Shown: positions 30,055 through 40,735 of the stretch, in pieces
How the letters are laid out: the number at the start of each line of letters is the position of its first letter
Position numbering within the stretch: the stretch's first letter is position 1
Source: Methanothrix sp.
GTDB lineage: Archaea > Halobacteriota > Methanosarcinia > Methanotrichales > Methanotrichaceae
Direction: 5' to 3'
NCBI GenBank assembly: GCA_963682135.1
Contig: OY821645.1
Coordinates: 832,001 to 896,000, forward strand
DNA: 64,000 bases
Program-made: the position numbers and the translations under genes
The notes under the pieces: model-generated
Told to the model about the DNA's origin: nothing
What the model saw: only the letters and a program-made list of their open reading frames with translations
Databases searched by the model: none

Positions 30055-30879
30055 TCATACCCCAAGGGCCAGCCTCAAGGTATTGCGCACGGCTGGCGCC
30101 AGGCCCAGGGTGATGAGAGCCAGCCGGGTGAGATTTCGCAGAGATGGCTCCTGCATGGATTTGTCGATCATGTAGAGCACGGGAAAGAGAACGAGCAGCT
30201 TGAGGGGAAACATAATTGCTGCCGTGCCGACCAGGTTTATGAAATAAGTGGGAACAACGTGCTTCTCATAGTAGGAGAACCAGTCCACACCGATATAAGT
30301 TGAGCTGGCATCCAGCATATGGGCATAGATGATCATTTGATTGAATCTCTCCTCCAAGAACTTAAGAGCAGACAGACGCCTCCCGCAAAGGAGGACCCCC
30401 CCGGCAAGGATTGAACCCAGCAGGAAGACGGCAGCTATGACCCAGGCGTTCTTAAATCCGATCGAAGAAAGAACTGCCAGATTCAAAAAGGTCCAGAGAA
30501 AGCCGATGGCTGCATATTTAGCATGAAACTTCTCGCCCCAGATATTTCGGGAGATGATCAAAACGGCTGCAGTGACAAGAAAGACCAGGAAGAAGATGAG
30601 CGGCGTGATTAAAAGATATCTCCAGGGAGCAGCGACCAGATTGGCATCCTCGATCACCCTCAGACTCGATCCGGCCAGAATGTAAGGCAGGGTAGAGAGC
30701 AGTAGCCGCTCATCCATCAATATGTTCAGGCGGCCCAGCAATTTTAAGAGGCCAAATATGGCCAGGCCCAGGATTATCGCCCAGGTAACGGTATCCACAG
30801 GGTTATAGCTGGTATCGTAGATTATGGGATCGATGTAGTATTTTTGCACAAAGGCGGCAAGGCCGGCAGGGTCGCTCAC
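30055..30879 (-). CDS. DUF63-family archaeal membrane protein
   Basis: YNPVDT, RVIEDA, AHMLDASST, YYEKHVVP, LGLAPAVRN. Confidence 0.85.
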   Translation of the reverse strand: MSDPAGLAAFVQKYYIDPIIYDTSYNPVDTVTWAIILGLAIFGLLKLLGRLNILMDERLLLSTLPYILAGSSLRVIEDANLVAAPWRYLLITPLIFFLVFLVTAAVLIISRNIWGEKFHAKYAAIGFLWTFLNLAVLSSIGFKNAWVIAAVFLLGSILAGGVLLCGRRLSALKFLEERFNQMIIYAHMLDASSTYIGVDWFSYYEKHVVPTYFINLVGTAAIMFPLKLLVLFPVLYMIDKSMQEPSLRNLTRLALITLGLAPAVRNTLRLALGV

Positions 30880-31012
30880 AATTCAGCTCCTTGTATGGAC
30901 TCATATTTCATATTTCCGAGAGTCCAACGCTGCGGTGCGGCGGCGGAAAGTATTTATATTGCAGACGTAAAAAGCATCATGTCCGTTTTCTGATTTTAGT
31001 TGAGGTAATTAG

Positions 31013-31633
31013 ATGGTCGAGGTGTTCAAAGGTACAACTACGGTAGGTGTACTCTGCGATGGAGGTGTAGTCCTTGCATCGGAGAGCCGTGCTACCATGG
31101 GCAGCTTCATAGCCAGCAGCACCGCTAAGAAGATTTATCAGATTGATGACCTGGTAGGTCTGACAACGGCAGGAGCGGTAGGTGATGCCCAATCGCTGGT
31201 TAGAATGGTTCAGGTGGAGGCAAGGCTCTACAAGATGCAAAGGGGCGAAAACATGACCGTTAAAGCTGTGACCTCAATGCTTGCCAATATACTCTCTTCA
31301 CGCCGCTACTATCCATTCATGGTCCAGCTTGTCATGGGTGGCGTGGACAGGTACGGCCCCAAGATTTATTCTCTTGATGCCCTAGGCGGGCAGATCGAAG
31401 AGCGCAAAGTCGTGGCCACCGGTTCAGGATCTCCCATAGCCTACGGCGTGCTGGAAGCCATGTACAAGCCCGGCATAAGCATTGAAGATGGAACGGTGCT
31501 GGCAGCCAGGGCAATTCATAATGCCATGAAGCGCGATTCAGCTTCAGGTGACAAAATCGAGCTCGTCAGAATCACTGATAAATACCAGGAGGTAGGCGAG
31601 CCGGAGTTTTCAGAGATCATGAAGCTCCTCTAA
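31013..31633 (+). CDS. psmB: Proteasome beta subunit
   Basis: KG/TTTVG autoprocessing site, [21 protein letters not shown]. Confidence 0.96.
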   Translation: MVEVFKGTTTVGVLCDGGVVLASESRATMGSFIASSTAKKIYQIDDLVGLTTAGAVGDAQSLVRMVQVEARLYKMQRGENMTVKAVTSMLANILSSRRYYPFMVQLVMGGVDRYGPKIYSLDALGGQIEERKVVATGSGSPIAYGVLEAMYKPGISIEDGTVLAARAIHNAMKRDSASGDKIELVRITDKYQEVGEPEFSEIMKLL

Positions 31634-31653
31634 TCTTTTTTGGATGTGTTCTA

Positions 31654-33561
31654 TTGTCTGTAGAAGAAGTACTTTTTGAGCTCAAACGCAAGGTGCAGAG
31701 CAAGCTGCCTCCGGACATCAATGTCACGGGGCTGGAATTCGAGGGCCCGGAGCTGGTCATTTATACGGACGACCCCAAGAAGCTGGCGGACGATGGCGAT
31801 ATCATACGTAACCTGGCTAAAGAGCTTCGCAAGCGCGTCGTGGTGCGCCCGGACCTGAAGGTATTAGCCGAACCTGAAATTTCTATAACCAAGATCCAGG
31901 AAGTTGTGCCCAAGGAAGCAGTCCTCACCAACTATTACTTTGACGGCGAGACCGGAGAGGTGCAGATCGAGGCGGAAAAGCCGGGCCTGGTTATAGGTCG
32001 GCACGGCGCAACACTTCGGGAGATAACCAAGCTGATTGGCTGGACACCCAAAGTGGTCCGAACTCCACCGGTACGCTCGACGACCATCGCCAACATCAAA
32101 GATTATCTGCGCAGTGTGCAGACGGAACGAAAGAGCATCTTGCGAACGGTGGGCCGGAAGATTCACCGAGATATTGCTTCCAAGGATCAATGGATCCGGA
32201 TCACAACCCTCGGAGGCTGTCGCGAGGTAGGAAGGAGCTGCATGCTTCTCTCCACGCCCGAGTCGCGAATTATCATCGACTGCGGAGTAAATGTGGGATC
32301 TGACGACTCAGCAACGCCATATCTCTATGTGCCTGAGGTCTATCCCCTAAATCAGATCGATGCCGTGGTCTTGACGCATGCTCACCTGGACCACGCGGGT
32401 CTGGTTCCCATGCTATACAAATACGGCTATGAAGGGCCTATTTACTGCACTCCGCCTACCAGAGATTTGGCTGTGCTTTTGCAGCTGGATTATATTGAGA
32501 TTGCTGGGCGCGAGGGAAAGAGACTGCCCTATGATTCTTCAATGGTGCGTGAGGCCCTCAAGCATACCATCACCCTCAACTACGGAGATGTAACCGATAT
32601 CGCACCCGACACCAAGTTGACTATGCACAATGCCGGCCATATCCTGGGCTCCTCCATAGCCCACTTTCATATCGGAGACGGCCTCTACAATGTAGCCTTT
32701 ACCGGAGACCAGAAGTTTGAACGAACCCGGCTCTTCGATCCAGCAGTCTGTAATTTCCCAAGATTAGAAACCCTGGTGACGGAGGCTACCTACGGAGGAA
32801 CGAACAGCATCCAACCATCCCGCAAAGAAGCGGAAGTAGCTCTCATGAACGTGGTCAAGGAGACCATCAACAAGGGTGGCAAAGTCATCATTCCCGCCTT
32901 CTCTGTGGGCCGCAGCCAAGAGGTCATGGTTGTCCTGGAGGAAGCCATCCGAAAGAAGGTCATTGATGAGGTGCCCGTCTGTCTGGACGGGATGATCTAT
33001 GAGGCCACCGCAATTCATACCACTTATCCCGAGTACCTTAATAACGATCTTCGAGATCTCATATTCCATAAAGGCATCAATCCCTTCCTGGCCCAGTGTT
33101 TTGTGAAGGTGGAGACCCCCAAGCAGAGGACGGAGATTATCGAAGGACCGCCCTGTGTGATACTGGCGACAAGCGGCATGCTCAACGGTGGGCCGGTCCT
33201 GGAGTACCTAAAGCGCCTGGGCCCGGATGAGAAGAATACCCTGGTAATTGTAGGATACCAGGCAGAGGGAACTCTGGGAAGGCGCATTCAGAAAGGATGG
33301 AAGGAATTGCCCTTATCCGTTGAGGGCAAGACCCAGACCGTGAAGATTAATCTGGATGTAACCACGGTGGACGGCTTTTCCGGGCACTCCGATCGCCAGC
33401 AGCTTATGGAATACATGCGCCGCATCTATCCCAAGCCCGGTCGGGTCCTCACCAACCACGGCGAAGAGGGTAACTGCCTCGATCTGGCAAGCTCCATTTA
33501 CAAGAGGTACAGAATACCAACTATGGCGCCCATGAATCTGGAAACTGTAAGGCTGATTTGA
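31654..33561 (+). CDS. fttA: Beta-CASP ribonuclease aCPSF1 (transcription termination factor FttA)
   Basis: N-terminal KH domains, [21 protein letters not shown]; conserved psmB linkage. Confidence 0.95.
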   Translation: MSVEEVLFELKRKVQSKLPPDINVTGLEFEGPELVIYTDDPKKLADDGDIIRNLAKELRKRVVVRPDLKVLAEPEISITKIQEVVPKEAVLTNYYFDGETGEVQIEAEKPGLVIGRHGATLREITKLIGWTPKVVRTPPVRSTTIANIKDYLRSVQTERKSILRTVGRKIHRDIASKDQWIRITTLGGCREVGRSCMLLSTPESRIIIDCGVNVGSDDSATPYLYVPEVYPLNQIDAVVLTHAHLDHAGLVPMLYKYGYEGPIYCTPPTRDLAVLLQLDYIEIAGREGKRLPYDSSMVREALKHTITLNYGDVTDIAPDTKLTMHNAGHILGSSIAHFHIGDGLYNVAFTGDQKFERTRLFDPAVCNFPRLETLVTEATYGGTNSIQPSRKEAEVALMNVVKETINKGGKVIIPAFSVGRSQEVMVVLEEAIRKKVIDEVPVCLDGMIYEATAIHTTYPEYLNNDLRDLIFHKGINPFLAQCFVKVETPKQRTEIIEGPPCVILATSGMLNGGPVLEYLKRLGPDEKNTLVIVGYQAEGTLGRRIQKGWKELPLSVEGKTQTVKINLDVTTVDGFSGHSDRQQLMEYMRRIYPKPGRVLTNHGEEGNCLDLASSIYKRYRIPTMAPMNLETVRLI

Positions 33562-33591
33562 AGAGTTCGTTCTTCAAAAGCTTTATCAAAT

Positions 33592-34140
33592 TTGAGCGAT
33601 AAAACTAATGTGAGGTTCTTTGTGACGGGAAAAAGAACGCGGATCATCAACGATCCATCAGATCTGGTCCCTTTGTTGCAGGCCTTCGGCTCCGATGTCC
33701 ATAAGAAGATCTTTGACGAATTGAGTCGAGAATGGCATACTGAGCGCGAGCTGGAAGCGCTTATCGGCGACGAAGCAAGCGTTCACAGGAGCGTAGCGCT
33801 GCTGCGCAAGAGCGGCCTAATCGAGACCAAGTGGAGGGTGCCAGAGCCAGGAGCAAGTCCCGAGAAAGAGTATCATTCTACGTACTCTCGGGTGCAGGCC
33901 AACTTCGGAGCTACCATGGAAGATCTCAGTGAGTTGATAAGCCTCACCTTCATGTCCGATGAGGAGCTGCGTACTGTGATCGAGAAGTTGCAGAAGATGG
34001 TCAACGGTGGCAATAACAGTTTATCCAACCTTTCACGAGAGCTGGGACTCAGCCAAATATTTATTCGCGGAGTGGCTAAAAGGGCAGAGGGACTGGCTGT
34101 GAGAGGTCAGCGCATTGAGCCTTACGTTGAGGATTTCTAA
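33592..34140 (+). CDS. ArsR-like winged-helix regulator
   Basis: wHTH pattern, LIETKWRVPEPG..PEKEYH. Confidence 0.7.
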   Translation: MSDKTNVRFFVTGKRTRIINDPSDLVPLLQAFGSDVHKKIFDELSREWHTERELEALIGDEASVHRSVALLRKSGLIETKWRVPEPGASPEKEYHSTYSRVQANFGATMEDLSELISLTFMSDEELRTVIEKLQKMVNGGNNSLSNLSRELGLSQIFIRGVAKRAEGLAVRGQRIEPYVEDF

Positions 34141-34928
34141 TGGCCAATGTCCTGCAGAGCAAACGGGAAAGCTCTCGTTTTCAGATTCTTGTGGAAATAG
34201 CCGCCCATCAGCCTAACCTTCGACAGAAAGAGGTGGCAGAGAGTATGGGTGTAACTCCCCAGGCCATATCCGAGTATATCAAGGAGCTGGTAGCGGATGG
34301 ACTGGTGACCACCGATGGACGCATGCGCTATCGTATCACCAAAGAGGGTGTGGAGTGGCTGCTGGAGAGTGCAGCCGAACTGAAGCGCTATGCAAGAGTG
34401 GTGATGGAAGAGATCATAAGTCATGTCTCTGTCTGGGCTGCCATCGCTGAAGTTGATCTGGCGGAAGGCGAGAGGGTATCCCTGGAGATGCGCAGCGGCC
34501 TATTATATGCCAATAAAAAAGAAGGGATAGAGGCAAGCGGCGTTGTCATTGCCGATGCACTGTCCGGAGAGGATGTGGGTGTATCAGACCTGCGAGGATT
34601 GATAAGCCTTGAGGAAGGAAGGATTATCCTCTGCAAGGTGCCTCGAGTGCAGAATGGAGGCTCCGGTAAGGTAGATTTGTCGGCTCTGCAGACCCAGCTC
34701 GCCAGAGTGAAGAATGTGGGCTGCCTTGGCATCGAAGCATTGGTGGCGCTGCGCAAGGTGGGGCGCGAGCCGGATATCATATTCGGAGCCAAAGAGTTCG
34801 CAGTAGAGGCGGCATATCACGGTATCAGCTCGGTGATCGTCAGTGTGGATGAGCAGGTTCCGGGGCTTCTTACGCGCCTGGAATCAGAGGGCCTGAAGTA
34901 CGAGCTTATTGACCTTGCTTTGGGATAA
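34140..34928 (+). CDS. Winged-helix transcriptional regulator
   Basis: QKEVAESMGVTPQAISEYIKELVADG...YRITKEG. Confidence 0.8.
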   Translation: MANVLQSKRESSRFQILVEIAAHQPNLRQKEVAESMGVTPQAISEYIKELVADGLVTTDGRMRYRITKEGVEWLLESAAELKRYARVVMEEIISHVSVWAAIAEVDLAEGERVSLEMRSGLLYANKKEGIEASGVVIADALSGEDVGVSDLRGLISLEEGRIILCKVPRVQNGGSGKVDLSALQTQLARVKNVGCLGIEALVALRKVGREPDIIFGAKEFAVEAAYHGISSVIVSVDEQVPGLLTRLESEGLKYELIDLALG

Positions 34929-34940
34929 ATATTTTTCAGA

Positions 34941-37382
34941 ATGACTTTTCAGGTTCTAGCTCAGGCGGACCGATCCCGCATACTTCTGCTGCCTCAGAGT
35001 GGCAGCAAGATCCTTTTTGAGGGATATCTGCGTTTAAAGGATATGCCTCAGGGACCCAGAGCCTTTAAATTCCTGGTTAAAAAGGATCAAGAGGCAGAGA
35101 AATTTCTTCCTCCAGAGGATGCTTTGCGAATGCTGCGCAAAGCCGATGCCATTTATCTTGCCCGTGGTGATGCTTCGATGGAGAAGAAGTTCATCGAGCT
35201 TTTGGCGTCTTATCAACTGGGATACAGGTTCGTGCAGGTCTGCAATCATTGCCTCGGCCAGAGAAGAGTCACTTACGTTGATCAGGACGCCATAACTTAC
35301 AAGGGCAGGCGCATCTGTGAGAACTGCGCCGCTGCTGAGCTGCTTCGTGAGGCGGACTTTCGCAAGCTCGGCAGGGCAGCCAAGGCCCATCTGGCCAAGA
35401 TATTGAAGACGCGACGATGCCTGGACGATGTGGTGGGCCTGCTCTCATTGCAGAGGCTGGAGCCTGAACTGACCCGCTTTGACATCATCCCGGCGAGCAA
35501 AGAAGAGCCCACGCTGCCTTTAGAGTCCATCGCCCTGCCTAAATCTCTGCTGCAGCTTCTGCAGCGCAGGCTGACCAGGCTTTTGCCGGTGCAATCCAGG
35601 TCTGTGAAGGCTGGCCTCCTGGAAGGACGAAATCAGCTGGTTGTCTCGGCCACAGCCACGGGCAAGAGCCTCGTTGGTGAAATGGCAGGGGTTAAGAATC
35701 TGCTGGAGAATAGAGGGAAGTTGCTCTTCTTGGTGCCGCTCGTGGCCCTGGCCAATCAGAAGTTCGATCAGCTTTGCGCCTACCGGGAGCTTGGTTTTCA
35801 AACCTCCATCCGCGTAGGGGTCAGCCGCATCCGGCTAGGCAAGGGCCGCAATATTGCGCAAAGCCTCAATGCGGACATCATTGCCGGTACTTACGAGGGC
35901 ATAGACCAGGTGATTCGCACCAAGAAAAGCCTGGGACGCGTAGGCACGGTTGTCATAGACGAGGTGCATATGCTCGAGGACGCAGAACGCGGCCACAGGC
36001 TGGCAGGCATGATTGCCCGGCTGAGGAACGTCGCTCCCCGGGCCCAGTTCATCTTTCTCTCCGCCACAGTGGGCAACCCCGCTGCACTGGCCAAACGCCT
36101 GGGCGCAACTTTAGTCGAATATGAGGTGCGGCCGGTGCCCATCGAGCGGCATCTCATCTTCTCCTCCGGGCCGGAGAAGCGCAAGCTCTTGCGCCAGCTT
36201 TCCAAAGAAGCGCAGGCTCTGACTTCGTCTACGGGCTATCGTGGTCAGACCATCATCTTCACCAATTCCAGGAAGAACTGCTACAACCTGGCCGATGCCA
36301 TTCCCGGAGCTGCAGCCTATCATGCCGGACTGCAGTATCCGGAGAGAAAGAAGATCGAGGAGCTGTTCGGTCAGGGCAAGATTCATACCGTGGTAACAAC
36401 AGCGGCCCTGGCGGCGGGCGTGGATTTTCCTGCTTCACAGGTGGTCTTTGAATCTCTGGCCATGGGCATCGAGTGGCTGAATGTACATGAGTTCAATCAG
36501 ATGCTTGGGCGCGCCGGCAGGCCCGGCTATCATGATAAAGGCCTGGTCTACATTCTGGCCGAGCCGGGACGTCGCTTCTCTTCCGGGCGCAGTGAGTCTG
36601 AGGATGAGATGGCCCTCGCTCTGCTCAATGGCCAGATGGAGGATGTGGCTCCGGAGTTTGAGGAATCGCAGCAACAAGAAGAGGTGCTTGCCAATGCCGT
36701 AGCGGCGCGCTCAAGAGAAGAGCTGGAGCGGTTGCATGCCCTCACCGTGGGCCTGGATGATCTGGACAGCACTCTTGCTGCGCTGGAGAAGGCGGGGCTG
36801 GTGAAGGGCATCGTACCCACCCGTTTGGGCGAAGCAGCTGCGGCTCATTTCCTGGCACCGGAGCAGGTGGCTACCATTGTCAAGCTGCTGGGCAAGGGCA
36901 AGAGCCCCCTGGAGGTGGCGGTGGAGCTGGAGAGCTTTGAGGCCCTTTACCTCAAGTTTGCCGAGCGTATCTCCACAAAACTGCACATGCAGATCTCCCA
37001 GAGGGCGTTGCACGGCTCCTTTTTGGATCTGCTCTCCAGCGCCGACCTGCGGGAGCTTGATAACAAGCTGCAGAGGTACTGCATGGACTTCTCCAGGGAC
37101 TTTTTGCGCTGCACCTGCAAGGAGTCGCCCTACTGCGGCTGTGTTCAGAAGAGCATATCCCTGCGCATACTGGATCTACGGGCAGAGGGCAAGAGCCCGG
37201 AGGGGATCATAGAATACTTCTCCGACCGGTATGGCATGTACGCCTATCAGGGAGATCTCATCAACTGGCTGGACCAGATGGTCCGATACCTGGAGGCGAT
37301 TGAAGCAGTGGCGCGGGTACTGGGCAAGGAGAAGGCGGCCCGGGAAGCCGCTGAGAAGAAGAAGAAGGTGGAGGGGGAATGA
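34941..37382 (+). CDS. Archaeal Ski2-like DEAD/DEAH-box helicase (DUF5814 type)
   Basis: ATATGKS, DEVH, SAT, YHAGL, QMLGRAGRP, C-terminal CTCKESPYCGC. Confidence 0.9.
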   Translation: MTFQVLAQADRSRILLLPQSGSKILFEGYLRLKDMPQGPRAFKFLVKKDQEAEKFLPPEDALRMLRKADAIYLARGDASMEKKFIELLASYQLGYRFVQVCNHCLGQRRVTYVDQDAITYKGRRICENCAAAELLREADFRKLGRAAKAHLAKILKTRRCLDDVVGLLSLQRLEPELTRFDIIPASKEEPTLPLESIALPKSLLQLLQRRLTRLLPVQSRSVKAGLLEGRNQLVVSATATGKSLVGEMAGVKNLLENRGKLLFLVPLVALANQKFDQLCAYRELGFQTSIRVGVSRIRLGKGRNIAQSLNADIIAGTYEGIDQVIRTKKSLGRVGTVVIDEVHMLEDAERGHRLAGMIARLRNVAPRAQFIFLSATVGNPAALAKRLGATLVEYEVRPVPIERHLIFSSGPEKRKLLRQLSKEAQALTSSTGYRGQTIIFTNSRKNCYNLADAIPGAAAYHAGLQYPERKKIEELFGQGKIHTVVTTAALAAGVDFPASQVVFESLAMGIEWLNVHEFNQMLGRAGRPGYHDKGLVYILAEPGRRFSSGRSESEDEMALALLNGQMEDVAPEFEESQQQEEVLANAVAARSREELERLHALTVGLDDLDSTLAALEKAGLVKGIVPTRLGEAAAAHFLAPEQVATIVKLLGKGKSPLEVAVELESFEALYLKFAERISTKLHMQISQRALHGSFLDLLSSADLRELDNKLQRYCMDFSRDFLRCTCKESPYCGCVQKSISLRILDLRAEGKSPEGIIEYFSDRYGMYAYQGDLINWLDQMVRYLEAIEAVARVLGKEKAAREAAEKKKKVEGE

Positions 37383-37533
37383 GATGGCTGCCAGTAGAAG
37401 AGTCTTGAAGAGATCGCCAATCTGTGGTTAGGAAAGCTGCAAAATCTATGTAATTTTATCGATATGTTGCCGGTTTACTTTCTACTTAACCCTTATTTAG
37501 TTTCATTGATCATGAGATTTCGGAGATGAGTCG

Positions 37534-38019
37534 ATGAGCCGTAGATATCTATTTGGCTTCCTATTGATAAATATAATATTACTAATAATTACTATTGGAT
37601 AGGGAAATGACGAACCTTCAAATGCCCAAGGTCTTGAAGGCGTGACATTGCCCATACCACAAGTCCCGCCAAGTGAGCCAAAACCAACTGATGCAATTAT
37701 TCAGGCTTCATCATCAGAGACCGATTTCCCTGTAACACCCACCACCGTTCAGAATAATGATGTATTTCATGTAGTCGTAATTGGAGATTCAATCGCGTGG
37801 GGTGCAGGGCTAACAAAGTACGAAAAATATTCCTATTTAGTGGCCGAATGGATTGCAGAACATTCAAATAGGCCAGTTAATGTAAATGTTTTTGCACACA
37901 CGGGTGCAACTCTGGGGGGAACTTTAGATTCAGTTATTCAATATCCAGACTTATCAAGCGGAAATCCCACACCCATGGAGCAAACCGAGAAGATGTCGAT
38001 GAGCGCAATATTCAGATAA
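37534..38019 (+). pseudogene. Truncated secreted SGNH/GDSL hydrolase with in-frame TAG
   Basis: MSRRYLFGFLLINIILLIITIG*GND...VVIGDSIAWG...AHTGA; TAG at 37600-37602; blocks III and V absent. Confidence 0.7.
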
Positions 38020-38060
38020 GAGTAAACCGGATAAGGCCATAGCTGCCAAGAAGGAATTGA

Positions 38061-38375
38061 ATGAACCCATCTGATATGGTTGAACGCATTAGAGTCCTTG
38101 TTGATGAGCGGAAGTATATTATAACAACCCATGCAATAATAAGGATGTCAGATAGGGATGTGACCGCGAAGGATCTGATAGGTTTAATAGTCAACGGAGA
38201 GATAATTGAGGAATACCCGAATCGTAAGCCATGCCCTGCCGCTCTGATGCTTGGATTCATATCGGGCAAGCCTTGCCATGCTGTGGTGGCCATATGCGGG
38301 GATCGGCTCAGCATAATCACCGTGTATTGGCCTGATGATGAATGTTGGGTAAATTGTAGGACGAGGAGATCATGA
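38061..38375 (+). CDS. DUF4258 RelE-like toxin
   Basis: ITTHAIIRM..R, GEIIEEYP, LMLG..PCHAV...IITVYWPD..W. Confidence 0.85.
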   Translation: MNPSDMVERIRVLVDERKYIITTHAIIRMSDRDVTAKDLIGLIVNGEIIEEYPNRKPCPAALMLGFISGKPCHAVVAICGDRLSIITVYWPDDECWVNCRTRRS

Positions 38376-38626
38376 TAAGCTCAGATGTGTGCGCCCTTTG
38401 TGGAGGCAAACTGTGTGATGGATTCACCGAACTTGTAATGAAGGTCGGAAATGAAGTAGTTGTCATCAAGAGAGTTCCCGCTCTTGTGTGCAATTGCTGT
38501 AGCGAGGCGTATGTGACACCAGAGGTCTCTGAGAAGATCGATGAGGTCACGCAAAAGTTCCGGGCAGGAAAGCTTCTGGTAAGGCCACTTGCCGCTGGCG
38601 AAATCGAGCTGAAGATGAGCGCCTGA
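38372..38626 (+). CDS. YgiT/MqsA-type zinc-finger antitoxin
   Basis: CALCGG...VIKRVPALVCNCCSEAY; 4-nt overlap with the toxin gene. Confidence 0.85.
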   Translation: MISSDVCALCGGKLCDGFTELVMKVGNEVVVIKRVPALVCNCCSEAYVTPEVSEKIDEVTQKFRAGKLLVRPLAAGEIELKMSA

Positions 38627-38690
38627 ATCCCGGCGATCCAGCCGCGGCCACTTCCTTAGTCCAGTAGATGTTTGAAACGAAAGAGAGATC

Positions 38691-39041
38691 CTAAAGCTCC
38701 CGCAAACGAATTCTTCCCGGTTCTACAACCGCAAAATGGCCTGGCCAATCGCATCTGCAGTCTAATACCTCGGCAATCATCTTCGCAATGTAGTCGGCAG
38801 ATCGTAGTGGTATGCGAAATAGGATGATGTCGCAGGATGGGCGAGGCTTGGAACTGTAAGCCAGCTCCCCGAAATCTTTGTCAAAGGTAAGCAGAATGCG
38901 CGCTTCATTCTCCGCAAGAAACATGACATCTTCATCGCAAATACTGGGTGCGCTTTCTGATATGGCCCGAACATCATGACCCTTTCTGCGCAATCGTTCG
39001 ATGGCCAATAATGGTGTCCTTTCATCAGCTAGAAGCCGCAT
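38691..39041 (-). CDS. DUF5615 PIN-like toxin
   Basis: MRLLADE..., GHDV, DEDV..A..E.RILLTFDKDFGEL. Confidence 0.85.
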   Translation of the reverse strand: MRLLADERTPLLAIERLRRKGHDVRAISESAPSICDEDVMFLAENEARILLTFDKDFGELAYSSKPRPSCDIILFRIPLRSADYIAKMIAEVLDCRCDWPGHFAVVEPGRIRLREL

Positions 39042-39288
39042 TAAGACCATCCTGCAAGATGGTGTTGGGATAAACACGTTCCGATTTCATCAAGGAGCTG
39101 GCGTAGCAAAGACAGGCCTGAATGTCTTCAGGAGTTAATTTGGGGTAGTTCTGGAGTATCTCGGACTCTTTCCATCCACTGGCCAAAAGGTCGATAACGA
39201 ATTCCACCGCCAGGCGCGTGCCTTTGATCAAAGGTTTTCCTGCAAGGATTTTGGGGTCCAGAGATATGCGGTCTTGCCAATTGATCAT
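39025..39288 (-). CDS. DUF433 antitoxin
   Basis: RISLDPKILAGKPLIKGTRLAV...EILQNYPKLTPEDIQACLCYA. Confidence 0.92.
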   Translation of the reverse strand: MINWQDRISLDPKILAGKPLIKGTRLAVEFVIDLLASGWKESEILQNYPKLTPEDIQACLCYASSLMKSERVYPNTILQDGLNAASS

Positions 39289-39369
39289 AGATCACATTAT
39301 GCGGACCATTAAGATATATTTTCTGCGGACGGAGGACAAGCGATAGGCTACATCGAGCGCCCAGCTCCC

Positions 39370-39447
39370 GCCCGCGGGCCTGGGGCCGCCTAGACGAGAG
39401 GCTGCCCAGGGTCGTGCGCCGCCCACGCGCGCGAGCGGGTCCGGCCC
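39370..39447 (+). repeat. GC-rich hairpin repeat, copy A
   Basis: GCCCGCGGGCCTGGGGCCGCCTAGACGAGAGGCTGCCC nearly matches 40122-40159; the 3' part CACGCGCGCGAGCGGGTCCGGCCC resembles 40399-40425. Confidence 0.7.
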
Positions 39448-39538
39448 AATTGTCAGGTGCTTGCCAATGCATTTGTCAGCAACCTGTCACGATCTAAAAT
39501 AAGAGTTAAATCCTTTCAGCACACATGAACCAACTACT

Positions 39539-39793
39539 ATGTTCGCAGAGTATGTTCAAGCAGCTTTGAGGCACGCTAAATATGAAGTCCTGGAGGACGA
39601 TACCAACATGGCCACCGTAGATGGTCTTCGTGGTGTCATTGCCGTTGGAAATACAATTGAAGAGTGCAGAGATGACCTCATAGGCGTCATCGAAGGTTGG
39701 GTGGCATTGGGTTTGCGCCTTGGACACATGATACCAACGATTGACGGCCACAACATTAACGTTTCATTGGAGCCGGTGCCGGTTGTCGAATAA
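39539..39793 (+). CDS. hicB: HicB-family antitoxin
   Basis: YVQAALRHAKYEVLED...GVIAVGNTIEECR..L...EGW. Confidence 0.88.
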   Translation: MFAEYVQAALRHAKYEVLEDDTNMATVDGLRGVIAVGNTIEECRDDLIGVIEGWVALGLRLGHMIPTIDGHNINVSLEPVPVVE

Positions 39794-40009
39794 GCTTATC
39801 CCGTCTCCAGGCGCGAACTCGTCAGAAGATTAGGGTATCTGGGATTTCACGGGCCCTGTGCAGGTTCAGGCCACGATTTTATGGTCAAAGGCGACATTCG
39901 CGTTACAATCCCCAATACGCATCAAGGTAAAGAAATTGGTGTTAGGCTTTTGGCACAGGTTCTGAAAGAGGCGGAGATCGAAAGAAGGGATTGGCTCCAG
40001 GCTGATTGA
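39783..40009 (+). pseudogene. hicA: HicA toxin with N-terminal frameshift
   Basis: TTG SNKLIP then a shift to VSRRELVRRLGYLGF..GSGHDFM...VTIPNTH..EIG..LL..VLKEA; one C missing in ATCCCGTC near 39800. Confidence 0.75.
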
Positions 40010-40121
40010 TAGTGGCTGAGCTTCGCAGTAGTTCCTCCTCCGATAACGATGGCAAACCAGGTGGAAGAGTTTGCACTCTGCCTGAAATCCCAGCGACCTT
40101 GCAGCATGGCGTCCGGCCCCT

Positions 40122-40164
40122 GCCCACGGGCCTGGGGCCGCCTGGCCGTTAGACTGCCCGAGGC
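40122..40164 (+). repeat. GC-rich hairpin repeat, copy B
   Basis: GCCCACGGGCCTGGGGCCGCCTGGCCGTTAGACTGCCCGAGGC; same stem and 7-nt loop as copy A. Confidence 0.7.
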
Positions 40165-40235
40165 AGATGCTGTCTGCGCGTGCCTACGCGGATTATGCCA
40201 GAATGCTATCGTTTTTTTGCATCTGGCAAAAAGGC

Positions 40236-40271
40236 CTTTGTGCGTCCTTTGTGAGCTTCGTGATCTTTGTG
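40236..40271. repeat. Short tandem repeat CTTYGTG x4 (9-11 nt period)
   Basis: CTTTGTG at 40236, 40247 and 40265; CTTCGTG at 40256. Confidence 0.6.
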
Positions 40272-40510
40272 GTTATATCTATATTTGTTTATTATAATTA
40301 TAATAAAATGCCATTGTAATAGCACTATAGCAGAAAGCAGCATTGCATATCTTCAGTGCTACCTGACCCACAATCCCACAGGCATCCCGCCCCCCACACG
40401 CACGCGCACGCAAGCGGGGCCCGACCGGGCGGGCAGCTGCTGCCATTTCCTTCGCTCGGAGGAGATGGAACTGATCGTCAGGGTGCTTGAAAAAAGATCC
40501 AGAAATGCGA

Positions 40511-40735
40511 TTAAAGTAGATCTTGTAGCTCTTCAAGGCTTAAATCGGCATACTTCAAAATCGCATGCAATGTGCCTTTGCGAAGGTCTTTGCTATGAAA
40601 TGGAACAACTGCAATCTTTTCCGTTCGCCGATTATAGTAATAGTAATGGCTCCCTCTGACTCGTATCAGCTCAAATCCAGCATTCTCCAAAGCCCTGGCA
40701 AGCTTTTGGGGTGTTAATACAGGGAGTTTAGGCAT
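40511..40735 (-). CDS. hicA: HicA-family toxin
   Basis: MPKLPVLT..KLARALE..GF..RVRGSH...VVPFH..DL.KGTL.AILK. Confidence 0.9.
   Translation of the reverse strand: MPKLPVLTPQKLARALENAGFELIRVRGSHYYYYNRRTEKIAVVPFHSKDLRKGTLHAILKYADLSLEELQDLL

Noticed and set aside
37600-37602. In-frame TAG as possible pyrrolysine or amber readthrough
   Set aside because: The gene is also truncated at its 3' end, the TAG is best explained as CAG>TAG near the signal peptide, and no pyl genes are in the window
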